Virus record (IMG/VR): IMGVR_UViG_3300033069_000905
Coordinates: 1-64,000 of that record
DNA length: 64,000 nt
Direction: 5' to 3' (one strand)
Origin: an uncultured virus (IMG/VR IMGVR_UViG_3300033069_000905)
Taxonomy: Duplodnaviria; Heunggongvirae; Uroviricota; Caudoviricetes
This document shows positions 24,509-34,360 of the stretch, piece by piece (the first letter of the stretch is position 1; every line of letters begins with the position of its first letter). The notes under the pieces are model-generated. The model made no database searches. It was not told where the DNA came from and saw only the letters and a program-made list of their open reading frames with translations. The translations under genes and the position numbers were made by a program.

Positions 24509-27500
24509 TTCTTTGGTTCCTGTGTGTAGCCGATTAAGTCAAGGTCAATGGTGTATGAGTACGGGCCGTAGCTAGACGTATCATTGCGCTGTATTCCACG
24601 AATCAAATACGTTGCCCCTTTGTTCAGCATAACCTCACGCTCACTGGAACAAGTCGAGTGAGTATCTATCCACAACCCCTGTGAAATATCCTTGGCGGCT
24701 CTGATGTGAAGCTTAAGATAGCCTGACTGGTCCCCCGTATTAGTAACGGACACGCCGCAGTCCTGATCATACGACGTTGAACTTATCCCCGGCTCATGAT
24801 AAACCTTACCCACACAAGCTTGAAGCTGTTCGTCTGTCAAATTGTTCATTTCTGCTCTGGTGTCGTTAGGAAGCCCCATCGCCTTCCAAAACCACTTCTG
24901 CGGCATATTCCGCCCAAGCTTAACATCAACCCCCAAAGATTGACCGTCCATGGCTTTGGATAAAACATCCGCTAGATCAGTAGTCGTTCCTTGTGCCAGA
25001 TTCTTGTTAACGCCTTTGTGTCCAGACCCAGTATAGCTTGTGAAAGCGGAACGTTGCGATGGTGTAAGAGATTTCCACAAAGCATCCCCAACCGCTTTTG
25101 CTTGGTTAAACTCGTCGCTTCCTTTAGGTGCCCATTTGCAATTAATTTCACCGGAATCATATTTCTGTGCAGCGGCACCCAAGTCGCCCAGCAGCTTCAT
25201 GTTAGCCACTGTTTTTTCAGCAGCACCCTTCGACCTTCCGAAAGCGTCAATCTTCTCGGCTTCTGAAAGCAGCATGCTATGCTTTGCCATGATGTTCAAA
25301 GCGTTCATGTTAGCGGCTTTAGTTTCTGGGTCGTCCTCACCCTTTAAACCGCTCTTCATGAAGTAGTCGTGACTTGCCGCCGCTATTTCTTTCATGGCAT
25401 CGTCTTTTTGTTTTTTAACGAAAGCCGCAGAATTAGCTTTACCTGATTCAAACAACGTACCGATAGTATTCGAAGGCACACCCGCAATAACCGCTTGCTT
25501 GGCGTTCGTGACCATCATATCTTTCAGGTAGTCTTCGTTGTCGGGGTCAATATTCTTCTTTGACGCTTCAGCACTCCATGCCGCAACAGAATCCACGTAA
25601 TCCGATGTGGCTTTTGCTTTTTTATCGGCAGCGGCCTGTCCACTGTTGTCCCATAGAGATTGGGCTTTACTGTTCAAGTCGCTAGATGAGCTACTAAAGA
25701 AACTCTTGTCATAGCCCAAATTGGCTTTCATGTGGTCTTTTAGCGTATCCCACACTTTGTAGGATGCGAGCACATCAGGGGCATTTTTATCCCCACCATT
25801 CTCATGACGAATAGTATAGTAAGCCAACCCCAACTTCTCGTTAAGGGCTTCGGCTTCGGTCTTGTCCGTGGGGAGAACGTCAGGCAATTTGGGTACTTGT
25901 GTTTTGCTTGCCGTGTTAACGCTATCCCCCACTGCGATGACATCGTTCAATTCTTTTGGCATTTCCAATGCAGCAACCGTTCCCGTATTAGCCTTGGCTT
26001 CTTTTTTGTTTGCCGCACCAATCCACTTCAATGCCGTGCCACTGCCGTACTTTGCGTCCGCATCGGACAATAGGCTTGAAAACGCTGCGGCATGCTGTGG
26101 GGATGTTGGGTTTGCAATTAATGCCTTAGCCGCAGCAAGTACCGACTTCTTCATCTTGGCTGTTGCTGCTTTTACGGCTTTGGGGTCTACTGGAGTTATT
26201 GGTGCTGGTGAACTCTTTCCCTGAGCTAACTGCTCAATATGCTGCGCCAACCAGTAGTTGTACGTGGCTAAACCAAAACTAGCATTAGCTGTCTTGGCGT
26301 ACACAGGTATCGCCTGATTTGTGGCGTATGCATTTTTAACTGCTGCGTCGTAAGAATCACCCAAAGACTTTTTGCACTCCGCAGCAGTCTTCCCGTTCTG
26401 GTCAACTGTGTCGTCTGACGGAATAACAAGACTATCCGTGTCTGCTAGGTGCTTTGATGCATACCCTTCACCATATAGGTTATTGTACTCAGTAACCTTA
26501 CTGGCAAAAATAATCATATCTCTGATCTTAGCCCCACTTGCGCCTAGCTTATTACCTGCATCAAGCAGAGCTTGGGTAGGGCTAGATGTAGTTGGTGTAG
26601 GTGCCGTCGTTTTAGCTTCTTTATCCAAACTTTCAATATGCTGTGTCAGCCAATATTGATGCATCCCCGTACCGTAGCTCTTATCCACATTAGAAAGCTG
26701 TGGGTAATCTTCGACATCGCTAGAATGAAAAACCAAACTCGACACAGACGAGTCGTAGTTATCCTTAATTATTTCCTTCCATGCTAGTGGGGTGGTTCCG
26801 TTGACACCACTTACGTCCATGTCATTGGGGATTTTTAAGTTTTTAGCTTCTTTGATGTAGGCAGAAGCAGCACCCTCCCCGTAAATGCTGTTGAACATCT
26901 TAACTTTTTTTGCAAAATCCACAGCATCAGCTACTTTCGCCCCTGTGGCAGCGAGGGTGTCGGATGCGGCCAGAAGGTAATCTTTATCTTCTTGAGTAGG
27001 CTTTGGTTTTGAACCCAAAACATCGGGCTTGTGCCCCGTCAGCATGTATTTTGCCGTGCCGTCCCCGTAGGCCGCATCAATCGTTTTTGTAGTGCTGCTT
27101 ATGGCAGCTACAGCTTCGGGGGATGGGTTATCTAAATAATCCAGATTTTTCCCCTGTAGCATTTTCTTGTCAGCATTAAAATCCTTAACCCAACCCTGAA
27201 CAGTATCCACGCCATACTTGGCGTTCATAGTCTGTTCTATAGGTTTGTGTTCTGGAACCATGTTTGCAATGTAGGAATTGATATACTTCTTTTTATCTTC
27301 GGCTTTTTGGTCTACAGGCTTAGGCGGATTACCTCCGTAGGCGTCTGCCCACAGCTTCTTAGAGTTGAATTCATCAGCCCACAGGCTTGATGTTCCCTTG
27401 CCAAATAGCTCGTCAACTTTGTTGATATGCATCCCCAAAGCCAAGGCGTTGTCTGCGTTGGCTTTCCCACCTTGTACCGCGTCCATCTTGGCAAAGAATT

Positions 27501-30267
27501 GTTTTTTGTGGTCTGCTTTAGCCTCGTCATAGGAGTCCAACAAGTCAGCACTTGCACCTTGCCCAAGGTACTTATCTACGTCTTGCTTCAGGCCAGTAAG
27601 TGCTTTAACCGCGTCTTTCTTTGATAGCTCAAGAATTGGATCAACTAAGCTATCTACTTTTGCTTGCGCGTCAACCAACATCTTGGTCGCTACCTCTTTA
27701 GCAAAATTAGAAAACTCAGGGTTCGGATTATCGTTACTGTGGTCGGTGTACTTACCATTAAGGTACTTCAGCCCTGCGTCTTTAACACCCGAAGCAAGGT
27801 CAATATCCGCTTTTGCCTTATCAATGATGTTCTGTATCAGGTCAGACTTGTCATCCAGTGTGTGCGGAATTCTCAGCGCGGCTAGGGCGTCGGCTTTAGT
27901 GTCGGTTAGGTTATATTCCTGCTTCCCATAATCGTAACTTTTCGCTGTGGCGGCTTGACCAACAGCTTTGATGTTTTCTGTCATCCACGTTGTAGCCGTG
28001 CCATCCCCGTACTTCGCGTCAATGTTTTTCTTCATCTCTGCAATAGCACTCTGCTGACTGGCATCAGGGTTCGCGTAGTTAAGAATGCTAAGGTAAGACG
28101 CTTTTACATTTTCTTTTACAGCGGCATCCGCATGCATCCCCTTAATCTTTTCGGCAATCCACGAGTTAGCTGTGCCGTCGCCATACTTCTTGTCGATGTC
28201 CAATTTCATCTGCATCAACTTAGGATCAGCCTCTCCCTTGGGGCTGTCTGGCGTGCTATCTATGGCTTTGAAATAGTCTGACTTATCCTTCGCCAGCATC
28301 ATACCGTCAGGCGAAGTTGCGAGGGGCTTGGCAGTGGTCGCAGTGTCATACGCAGCAATAGCCTTATCCGAATACCCTGCCCCCATAGACGCATCAAGTG
28401 AAGCCTTAGCCCCATTAAGCATGGCCTGTGTGTCGGGTGTCGGTGCTGCTTTGTGGTCGCTGTAGGCATTGGTCATGTAGGCCAATTTACCTGTGTTACC
28501 TTTGCCTTTGGCGTCATTAACAAAATCGGAGAAGGTTTTAGGTTCAACCTGCTTGTTCTTGGCGTTGTACTCTTTCAGCCACGCCAGCGTAGTCCCTGCC
28601 CCGTAGGTATCGTTAATCTCCTTGTGGTTATCAGCTAGTTTTGCTGACGCCTCTTTGTCATTAGGGTAAGCTTTCAGGTAATCCAGACCACCAAAGAAAT
28701 CTTTCTTCTGCGCTTCTTTTTCCGCTTCTTTATCCTTAGCCTGACTATCCACCAAATTGTTCTTCAAGGCATAGTAAGCCGCTAGCGCTTTGTCGGAGTA
28801 CCCAACCCCCATCGTCGTGTCGAAGTTTTTCTTGGCTTCAAGGAAATCAGAGTAGTAGGTCTGATTGTTAGGCATCGTCATGTGGGCGTTGTAGCTGGTC
28901 GTCAAATCAACCAACTGCTGCAAACCGTCTTTAGCCTTGGCCTCGGAAGAAATGTCGGAGAACGTTTTTGGTGATTCTGGTTTCACTTCCACAGCGGGTT
29001 TTGGTGCGGGAGCAAGTTTCTCAAAACCGGGAACATCAGGCGGGGCAACCTTCTCCATGTTCTTGTTAGCCTTCATGGATGAGAATGCCAGCTTACCCGT
29101 CTTGACCGCTTGTTTTAGGTCGTCTTTGTTTAGCCCGTTATATATCGCCCCGGTGTTGTAGTAGTATTTATAGGCGTTCGCCGCGTCCTTGTATTCTTTG
29201 TAGGCGTCGGAATCCTTGGCTTCATGCTGTTGGTGCTGAACCTGAGCATGAGCAATTACTGAAATAGATAGCAGGGTTTTACCGTTGGCAATCTTTGCGG
29301 CATTGGTAGCTTTCCCTGCTTCAATCGCCTTGTTAGTCTCGTTTTCGTCAGCATACTTCGCAGCAGCTACGGCATCAGAAACAGCATTGTAGTAGGCTGT
29401 GTTCTGCGTGCCCATATGCTCTTGATGAGCCAATTCCTCTGCTGCGTCATGTATGGCCTTAAGCTGTGCTACCTTCTCAGCATCGTGGTTTTCTTTAACT
29501 ACTTCTTTTTCCTTTACAGCATCGGCAGGAAGAACCCCATAGCTCATGGCTTTGTTTAGGTCTTTTTCGGCTTTGTTTTTTAGCTTTTTGTACTGCGCCG
29601 AATCCTCCCCAAACTTAACTTTGGCTTCTTCCGCCAGCGCTGAATTCTTTTTGTGGTCTTCCAGTTTTTTAGCCGCTTGCTTCTTGTTCTGCAAGGCGAT
29701 AGCCGACTTCATGGTAGAGGCAATGTTCTTTTCCTCTTGCGCTGTGAGCGGTAGGCCATGCTTTTTCTTCAGCCACATGCTCAGACCTTGTGTGCTGAGT
29801 CCTTTGGCTAGTTCTTCCTTGCTCATCCCACCAAGATCAGACAGCGCGTCAACGTGGTTCGCAATGTTCCCTGCTAGAATTTTTGCGTTGGTATCGGTAG
29901 GCTTCCCCCCGTCCTGTTTGATGTACTGATTCAGCAGCTTGGCGCTCTTTTCAAGCCCTGCCTTGTGGTGTGCAATCAAATCTTCAGGGCTGACATCAGG
30001 CGCTGTGGGTTCCTTCGGCTTGTTGACTGCCATAGAATTCACTAGGGAAGTCTGACCATCAGAATAAACGAATGGTTTTTCCTTGGTTTCCTGTGCTACT
30101 TCACCTGTCGTATCTTTCGGGGCAAACTGTCCCCCCTTATGCCCTTCGGGGTCAGTGTATCCAGCGGGAAAATGCTTTTCCTCTTTGCTCAATAGCGCAG
30201 AAAAAGGTGTCTTGGGGGTTTTGTTGGACATAGTTTTAGCTGTCCCACCAAGCAGAGAAGAATACAT
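24505..30267 (-). CDS. Large virion protein with a C-terminal ADP-ribosyltransferase (R-S-E / VIP2-like) domain
   Basis: YTGSGH..VNKNL, LGRN, ISSTS, SEREVML; repeats of IDxKYGxGTA. Confidence 0.82.
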   Translation of the reverse strand: MYSSLLGGTAKTMSNKTPKTPFSALLSKEEKHFPAGYTDPEGHKGGQFAPKDTTGEVAQETKEKPFVYSDGQTSLVNSMAVNKPKEPTAPDVSPEDLIAHHKAGLEKSAKLLNQYIKQDGGKPTDTNAKILAGNIANHVDALSDLGGMSKEELAKGLSTQGLSMWLKKKHGLPLTAQEEKNIASTMKSAIALQNKKQAAKKLEDHKKNSALAEEAKVKFGEDSAQYKKLKNKAEKDLNKAMSYGVLPADAVKEKEVVKENHDAEKVAQLKAIHDAAEELAHQEHMGTQNTAYYNAVSDAVAAAKYADENETNKAIEAGKATNAAKIANGKTLLSISVIAHAQVQHQQHEAKDSDAYKEYKDAANAYKYYYNTGAIYNGLNKDDLKQAVKTGKLAFSSMKANKNMEKVAPPDVPGFEKLAPAPKPAVEVKPESPKTFSDISSEAKAKDGLQQLVDLTTSYNAHMTMPNNQTYYSDFLEAKKNFDTTMGVGYSDKALAAYYALKNNLVDSQAKDKEAEKEAQKKDFFGGLDYLKAYPNDKEASAKLADNHKEINDTYGAGTTLAWLKEYNAKNKQVEPKTFSDFVNDAKGKGNTGKLAYMTNAYSDHKAAPTPDTQAMLNGAKASLDASMGAGYSDKAIAAYDTATTAKPLATSPDGMMLAKDKSDYFKAIDSTPDSPKGEADPKLMQMKLDIDKKYGDGTANSWIAEKIKGMHADAAVKENVKASYLSILNYANPDASQQSAIAEMKKNIDAKYGDGTATTWMTENIKAVGQAATAKSYDYGKQEYNLTDTKADALAALRIPHTLDDKSDLIQNIIDKAKADIDLASGVKDAGLKYLNGKYTDHSNDNPNPEFSNFAKEVATKMLVDAQAKVDSLVDPILELSKKDAVKALTGLKQDVDKYLGQGASADLLDSYDEAKADHKKQFFAKMDAVQGGKANADNALALGMHINKVDELFGKGTSSLWADEFNSKKLWADAYGGNPPKPVDQKAEDKKKYINSYIANMVPEHKPIEQTMNAKYGVDTVQGWVKDFNADKKMLQGKNLDYLDNPSPEAVAAISSTTKTIDAAYGDGTAKYMLTGHKPDVLGSKPKPTQEDKDYLLAASDTLAATGAKVADAVDFAKKVKMFNSIYGEGAASAYIKEAKNLKIPNDMDVSGVNGTTPLAWKEIIKDNYDSSVSSLVFHSSDVEDYPQLSNVDKSYGTGMHQYWLTQHIESLDKEAKTTAPTPTTSSPTQALLDAGNKLGASGAKIRDMIIFASKVTEYNNLYGEGYASKHLADTDSLVIPSDDTVDQNGKTAAECKKSLGDSYDAAVKNAYATNQAIPVYAKTANASFGLATYNYWLAQHIEQLAQGKSSPAPITPVDPKAVKAATAKMKKSVLAAAKALIANPTSPQHAAAFSSLLSDADAKYGSGTALKWIGAANKKEAKANTGTVAALEMPKELNDVIAVGDSVNTASKTQVPKLPDVLPTDKTEAEALNEKLGLAYYTIRHENGGDKNAPDVLASYKVWDTLKDHMKANLGYDKSFFSSSSSDLNSKAQSLWDNSGQAAADKKAKATSDYVDSVAAWSAEASKKNIDPDNEDYLKDMMVTNAKQAVIAGVPSNTIGTLFESGKANSAAFVKKQKDDAMKEIAAASHDYFMKSGLKGEDDPETKAANMNALNIMAKHSMLLSEAEKIDAFGRSKGAAEKTVANMKLLGDLGAAAQKYDSGEINCKWAPKGSDEFNQAKAVGDALWKSLTPSQRSAFTSYTGSGHKGVNKNLAQGTTTDLADVLSKAMDGQSLGVDVKLGRNMPQKWFWKAMGLPNDTRAEMNNLTDEQLQACVGKVYHEPGISSTSYDQDCGVSVTNTGDQSGYLKLHIRAAKDISQGLWIDTHSTCSSEREVMLNKGATYLIRGIQRNDTSSYGPYSYTIDLDLIGYTQEPKK

Positions 30268-30357
30268 AGGTTCGCCTGTACAATAAATACAAAGTAACGC
30301 CAGTGTAAACGAAAGAAGCCCCGCCTAAGCAGGGCATTCTAATAAAAACAAACAAGG

Positions 30358-31131
30358 TCAGCAGTAGGCTACGGACAGACCAACTACAGTGTCGTCGGAG
30401 AGGTCGATTTGTTCAGCGCCGGAATAGATAAGCGATGCCACCGTGTTTGAGTCTGTTTCAAAACCAGCGTCCCCGAAGGCTTTAGCAACAGCATCAACTG
30501 CTAGTTCACGTACACCGCAGAGGTCAACCGTCCTGACACCGAACGCACCAGCTACGCAGAATCCTTTGATCGTCAGCACATGCGCGTCCTCGTGGGCACC
30601 AGATTCACGAAGAAACGTGAAGTCTCCCCCTTTGAGGATCACCTTGATACCCCCTGCGTATGCACGACCGTAGGCTCTGGCCGTATCGGACTTGGCAAAG
30701 AGTACGTACTTAAAGTCAAAAAGAGAACCAAATTCATCGCTGACAACATCACCACTTTCAGCGCCGTCATCGACATACGCAGCTTCAATGGTAGCTTTGA
30801 TGACCGCTGCATCGCTTTCGTCGTTCGGTTCGATTTTCACAGACGGGGTAACAATGGTTGCCTTCGGTGCGTAGAACTTGCCGTCACTGCCTTGCACAAG
30901 GTAACGATCAATGGATGACGAATCCTTGTAGGACACGTCCTTGTTTGGCTGAATACCAGCAACGCCAGCCAAATGTTCGATGGATTCAAACTCGGGTACA
31001 AACAGAACAATTGTACCCTGACGGAAGCCGTGCACTTTTCCCGCATGATACGCCCACTCAACTACAAGTCCTTTTTCGTATGGCATGATATTCTCCAAAT
31101 GGATTAGCCCTATGCTGGGCAACAGTTGCAA
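30358..31131 (-). CDS. Hypothetical protein
   Basis: Long ORF; probable start MPYEKG after GGAG. Confidence 0.7.
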   Translation of the reverse strand: MQLLPSIGLIHLENIMPYEKGLVVEWAYHAGKVHGFRQGTIVLFVPEFESIEHLAGVAGIQPNKDVSYKDSSSIDRYLVQGSDGKFYAPKATIVTPSVKIEPNDESDAAVIKATIEAAYVDDGAESGDVVSDEFGSLFDFKYVLFAKSDTARAYGRAYAGGIKVILKGGDFTFLRESGAHEDAHVLTIKGFCVAGAFGVRTVDLCGVRELAVDAVAKAFGDAGFETDSNTVASLIYSGAEQIDLSDDTVVGLSVAYC

Positions 31132-31181
31132 TTAACTTCACGGGCAATGATACACATTGCCACTTAGTTTGTCAAGCAATA

Positions 31182-31811
31182 TTATATGGTTGAAATGACA
31201 ATGTTGGAAAAGTCAGGCTTGCCTATCTTGGACGCAAACACCTTGAACACGTTGTAGTCCGACTTAACACCCGCTTCGTCTTTCAAAATCCGCATCACTT
31301 CGTCATGCGAGCGTTTTTCATGGTACGTGCGTGCTTCCAATACCCCGTCGTAACAGTCAGCAACAAAAAGGATTCTCGATAAAAGAGGAATTTCTTCGCC
31401 AACTAATCCGTCAGGATAACCGCCCCCATCAAAATGCTCATGGTGGTGCCTAATTATGGTCGCAGCTTTTCTAGCCAGTGGGCTAGGTATCTCCCGAACA
31501 ATTCGCTCCCCACGCTCAGGGTGGGTTTTTATAACCTCGTATTCTTCGTTCGACAACCTGCGAGGGGAAAGCAGTATTGAATCAGGTATTCCTATCTTAC
31601 CCACGTCATGCAACACAGCAGCAGCATAAAGCTGTGCCATTTCTTTGGATTTGATATTGCAAAAATAACCCAGAGCGCACGCCAGTTGGCTAACCCTTTT
31701 GCAATGTTCCATTGTACGAGTATCTCGCTCGTCCAATGCAGTAGACAAAGCTTGGACGGTCTGTTCATCTAAAGCCAAGTCGATTGCGATACGCATAAGA
31801 GTCCCACACAA
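31182..31811 (-). CDS. Stand-alone HD-GYP phosphodiesterase
   Basis: TMEHCKRV, LHDVGKIG, HHHEHFDGGGYPDGL, VADCYD. Confidence 0.92.
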   Translation of the reverse strand: MCGTLMRIAIDLALDEQTVQALSTALDERDTRTMEHCKRVSQLACALGYFCNIKSKEMAQLYAAAVLHDVGKIGIPDSILLSPRRLSNEEYEVIKTHPERGERIVREIPSPLARKAATIIRHHHEHFDGGGYPDGLVGEEIPLLSRILFVADCYDGVLEARTYHEKRSHDEVMRILKDEAGVKSDYNVFKVFASKIGKPDFSNIVISTI

Positions 31812-31866
31812 AAAACCGCCTTGTATAGTAAGACGGCTTGCTGTGAGTATGGGCTTCCTAACAGGA

Positions 31867-32346
31867 TTACGCTACAGAAAGCAGACCTAGCCCACGTAGT
31901 TCTTCTAGTGTCTCTGGAACAGACTTGTGAAGGATACCGATCCCCCCCGCATTCTCCCACATGCCGATGTTACGTTGAAGATCGTCAATCAAGATTTTGT
32001 TCGGTGCTGCATGCGCTGCTTTTTCTTTTCCTGAAGAAACAACTACCACGTCCACATCGGGACTCACGTTATTTGCCCACCACTTCACCTTGTCTTCTTT
32101 TGAGGTAGACAGGTATCCTGTGGGGCGCGGCATCGCTGTGAGAACATAATGACGATGATGCTTTATGGCCGCATAGAGTTTAAGTGCGTCAGGCAAAACC
32201 TTCATTTTATAGAAGGCATTGGGAATCTTGGACAACTCTGCCCACATGTTCCTATCACCGTGAACTAGCCCATGATCTTTCAGAAACCCATGAAAGTCAG
32301 AAAACACACCATCGGAGTCAAGACAAATAACAGGCTTACCGACCAC
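31867..32346 (-). CDS. 5'(3')-deoxyribonucleotidase (HAD family)
   Basis: LDSDGVFSDF, VLTA and ILIDD motifs. Confidence 0.85.
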   Translation of the reverse strand: MVGKPVICLDSDGVFSDFHGFLKDHGLVHGDRNMWAELSKIPNAFYKMKVLPDALKLYAAIKHHRHYVLTAMPRPTGYLSTSKEDKVKWWANNVSPDVDVVVVSSGKEKAAHAAPNKILIDDLQRNIGMWENAGGIGILHKSVPETLEELRGLGLLSVA

Positions 32347-32785
32347 GCCTAGACCCCCGCTTCAATGCGTTGATTTCCGTCTGACGAGAGACTTCAAACT
32401 TGCCCTTGCCCACCAGCTTTGGAAAGACTGTCGGTGCGGCATGGCTTCGAGTGCCCTTGAACGGTACATGGTAAGGCGGGGTTTCCTGTAGCCGTGCCAT
32501 ACGCCCCCACACGTCGCTATAGGCATCATGCAGCTTGTCGTCTTTGACGCTATCCTTAAAGTTCGGATAGGTGATACCCATCACCTGCTTATGCAGGGCA
32601 TCGGCAACCAGTTCACGCTTGATGCTGGCGCGAAAAAGGTAATCACGTCCTACGGCACTGGTCACTTTAGCATCAGGGAACACCTTTTCAATATCACCAC
32701 GACGACGTGCACGAACCAACAGTTCGCCTTTTGTATTTGAGTTATCAACGATGGACAAAAATCCACCATTCAGCATGATCCACAT
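32336..32785 (-). CDS. Conserved-type phage protein, candidate partner of the upstream kinase
   Basis: MWIMLNGGFLSIV..LLVRAR..DYLFRA..YPNFK. Confidence 0.65.
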   Translation of the reverse strand: MWIMLNGGFLSIVDNSNTKGELLVRARRRGDIEKVFPDAKVTSAVGRDYLFRASIKRELVADALHKQVMGITYPNFKDSVKDDKLHDAYSDVWGRMARLQETPPYHVPFKGTRSHAAPTVFPKLVGKGKFEVSRQTEINALKRGSRRGR

Positions 32786-32804
32786 ATATTATACTTTCCT
32801 TATG

Positions 32805-33584
32805 TTATGTCCCCCTTCCGTATCTCGAAATGAGATAGTTCTTACGGGCAATTAGCTTGTTAGCCAAGATACTTCTTTTTTCAGTTGACGCATTATAATA
32901 CGTAGCAACTAATTTGTCAATATCCTCATCCGAAACCGCTGCAACCTTCTTCACAGAATTAGCCACTTCCTGCTCAGACATGCCCCCAAAAACCTGAGCG
33001 GCGTTGAAGGATTTTGTTTGATCCCGCATCCGATCTATTTCAGGAACCGTATCACCAAACACGTCACCTTTGGGTTGTCCTTGGGCACGGTACTGCATGG
33101 AACCCCCCACATCGACACGGAAGGCTTTTCCGTCAGGGTGCATGAGCATGTTATCGTGACCCATCCCTGCGGTATCCCAATTCGACAACCACGCATCCAC
33201 AGCGAAACCTTCTTTAGCCCCTTCAACATGTCGAATCTCACGGTGCATGTTTTTCATCCCCGAAGTCCATTTCGAGGCAACGCCAATATGCCCGTTGTAC
33301 ATGATAGGCTTCACATCGGGAACACGAACCCCTGCGGCTTTGTATAGGTGTGATGCTAGGACTTCGTTATAAACGTGGTCTGCTGTTTTGGGGAACTTGA
33401 CGTAGTACTTCTGCCCTGTTTCATCATAGGCTTGGAATCCGGGGTTTGATCCGCCCTGTGAATCATCTTTTTTCGTCCAGTGGTCTATTGACTCTGGTAC
33501 AGGGGAGTTACCTGCGCGAAACTTGCCGCCCATCGGGGAGCCTTTAGGCCAGCGTAGTTCTTCTTTCAATATGGATGCGTACAT
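32805..33584 (-). CDS. HipA/PI3K-like kinase, putative virion effector
   Basis: GGSNPG, YYVK, NEVLA, DAWLSNWD..DNML, VDVG; MYASILK..RWPKGSPMGGKF tag. Confidence 0.75.
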   Translation of the reverse strand: MYASILKEELRWPKGSPMGGKFRAGNSPVPESIDHWTKKDDSQGGSNPGFQAYDETGQKYYVKFPKTADHVYNEVLASHLYKAAGVRVPDVKPIMYNGHIGVASKWTSGMKNMHREIRHVEGAKEGFAVDAWLSNWDTAGMGHDNMLMHPDGKAFRVDVGGSMQYRAQGQPKGDVFGDTVPEIDRMRDQTKSFNAAQVFGGMSEQEVANSVKKVAAVSDEDIDKLVATYYNASTEKRSILANKLIARKNYLISRYGRGT

Positions 33585-33658
33585 AAGTCCCCCACAAAAG
33601 GGCAGTATAGACTGAAATGACGCTTCCTATAGTGTGCGTTGAAATTACTTGCAATTAA

Positions 33659-33734
33659 TGGTGGACGGGTCTGGACTCGAACCAGAATAAGGCTATTATG
33701 AGTAGCCCGTAATCAACCCTTATACGACACGTCC
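33659..33734 (-). tRNA. tRNA with CAU anticodon (Ile2 or elongator Met)
   Basis: GGCTA-CTCATAA-TAGCC arm, CCA. Confidence 0.85.
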
Positions 33735-33743
33735 TAATTTAAC

Positions 33744-34286
33744 TCAAACACGATACTTCCTAATGGTGTTACCACTGACACCCAAAGCCAAGGCTATGCC
33801 AGAAGTGGCGACACCGCTGGCGTGTAGTCTTTTTATTTCAGCTACCACCGTGTCGGACAGACTTTTATAGGAACCCATATTTACATTGCCCGAACACGAA
33901 CGAGAACAGTAACTAGGTTTTCCCAAATGCGTGTGCTTGTACGCATGACTTTTTGATCGTACAAACGCTAGACCACACTTTTTACAGGTTAGGTGAACCA
34001 ACTCAGCAGGGTTATCAGCGACGTACTTCTCTCTATTGGCCTTTGCACTGAGTATTTGAAAGTTCTCTAGTCTATCATCAAGTTTATCCCCGTTTACGTG
34101 GTCAACTGTCTCATCACGCAGCATAACCCTACCTAAGTGGACGGACATTAGGTACTTAGCATAAGACAATGTGAGTCTTTCCCTGCTTCCGGGTTTAACT
34201 AAGCACGCCATTCTACGTTTTTCTTTCTTGTGGAGAACAACGTAGAGTCTATACTCTTGGTACGGATAGTCAGCTTGGGTAGGCAT
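33744..34286 (-). CDS. HNH homing endonuclease with Zn finger and HTH
   Basis: VDHVNGDKLDDRLEN, CKKC, GVSGNTIRKY; similar to 177-719. Confidence 0.88.
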   Translation of the reverse strand: MPTQADYPYQEYRLYVVLHKKEKRRMACLVKPGSRERLTLSYAKYLMSVHLGRVMLRDETVDHVNGDKLDDRLENFQILSAKANREKYVADNPAELVHLTCKKCGLAFVRSKSHAYKHTHLGKPSYCSRSCSGNVNMGSYKSLSDTVVAEIKRLHASGVATSGIALALGVSGNTIRKYRV

Positions 34287-34292
34287 GTTGCA

Positions 34293-34321
34293 ATTATACG
34301 GACTATACTTTTTGCCGTCAA
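34293..34321 (-). promoter_or_regulatory. sigma70 promoter, probably giving a leaderless HNH mRNA
   Basis: TTGACG-N17-TATAAT, 6 nt before the ATG. Confidence 0.7.
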
Positions 34322-34327
34322 CTACTA

Positions 34328-34356
34328 AGTTGCTACTGCCCCTGAGCTATACACCC
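34328..34356 (-). pseudogene. 5' half of a tRNA
   Basis: GGGTGTA-TA-GCTC-AGGGGCAG-TAGC-AACT, then breaks. Confidence 0.72.
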
Positions 34357-34360
34357 TGTT

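Noticed and set aside
24972..30286. Short ORFs within the 1920-aa gene and similar antisense ORFs elsewhere
   Set aside because: They are shadow frames of well-supported minus-strand genes.
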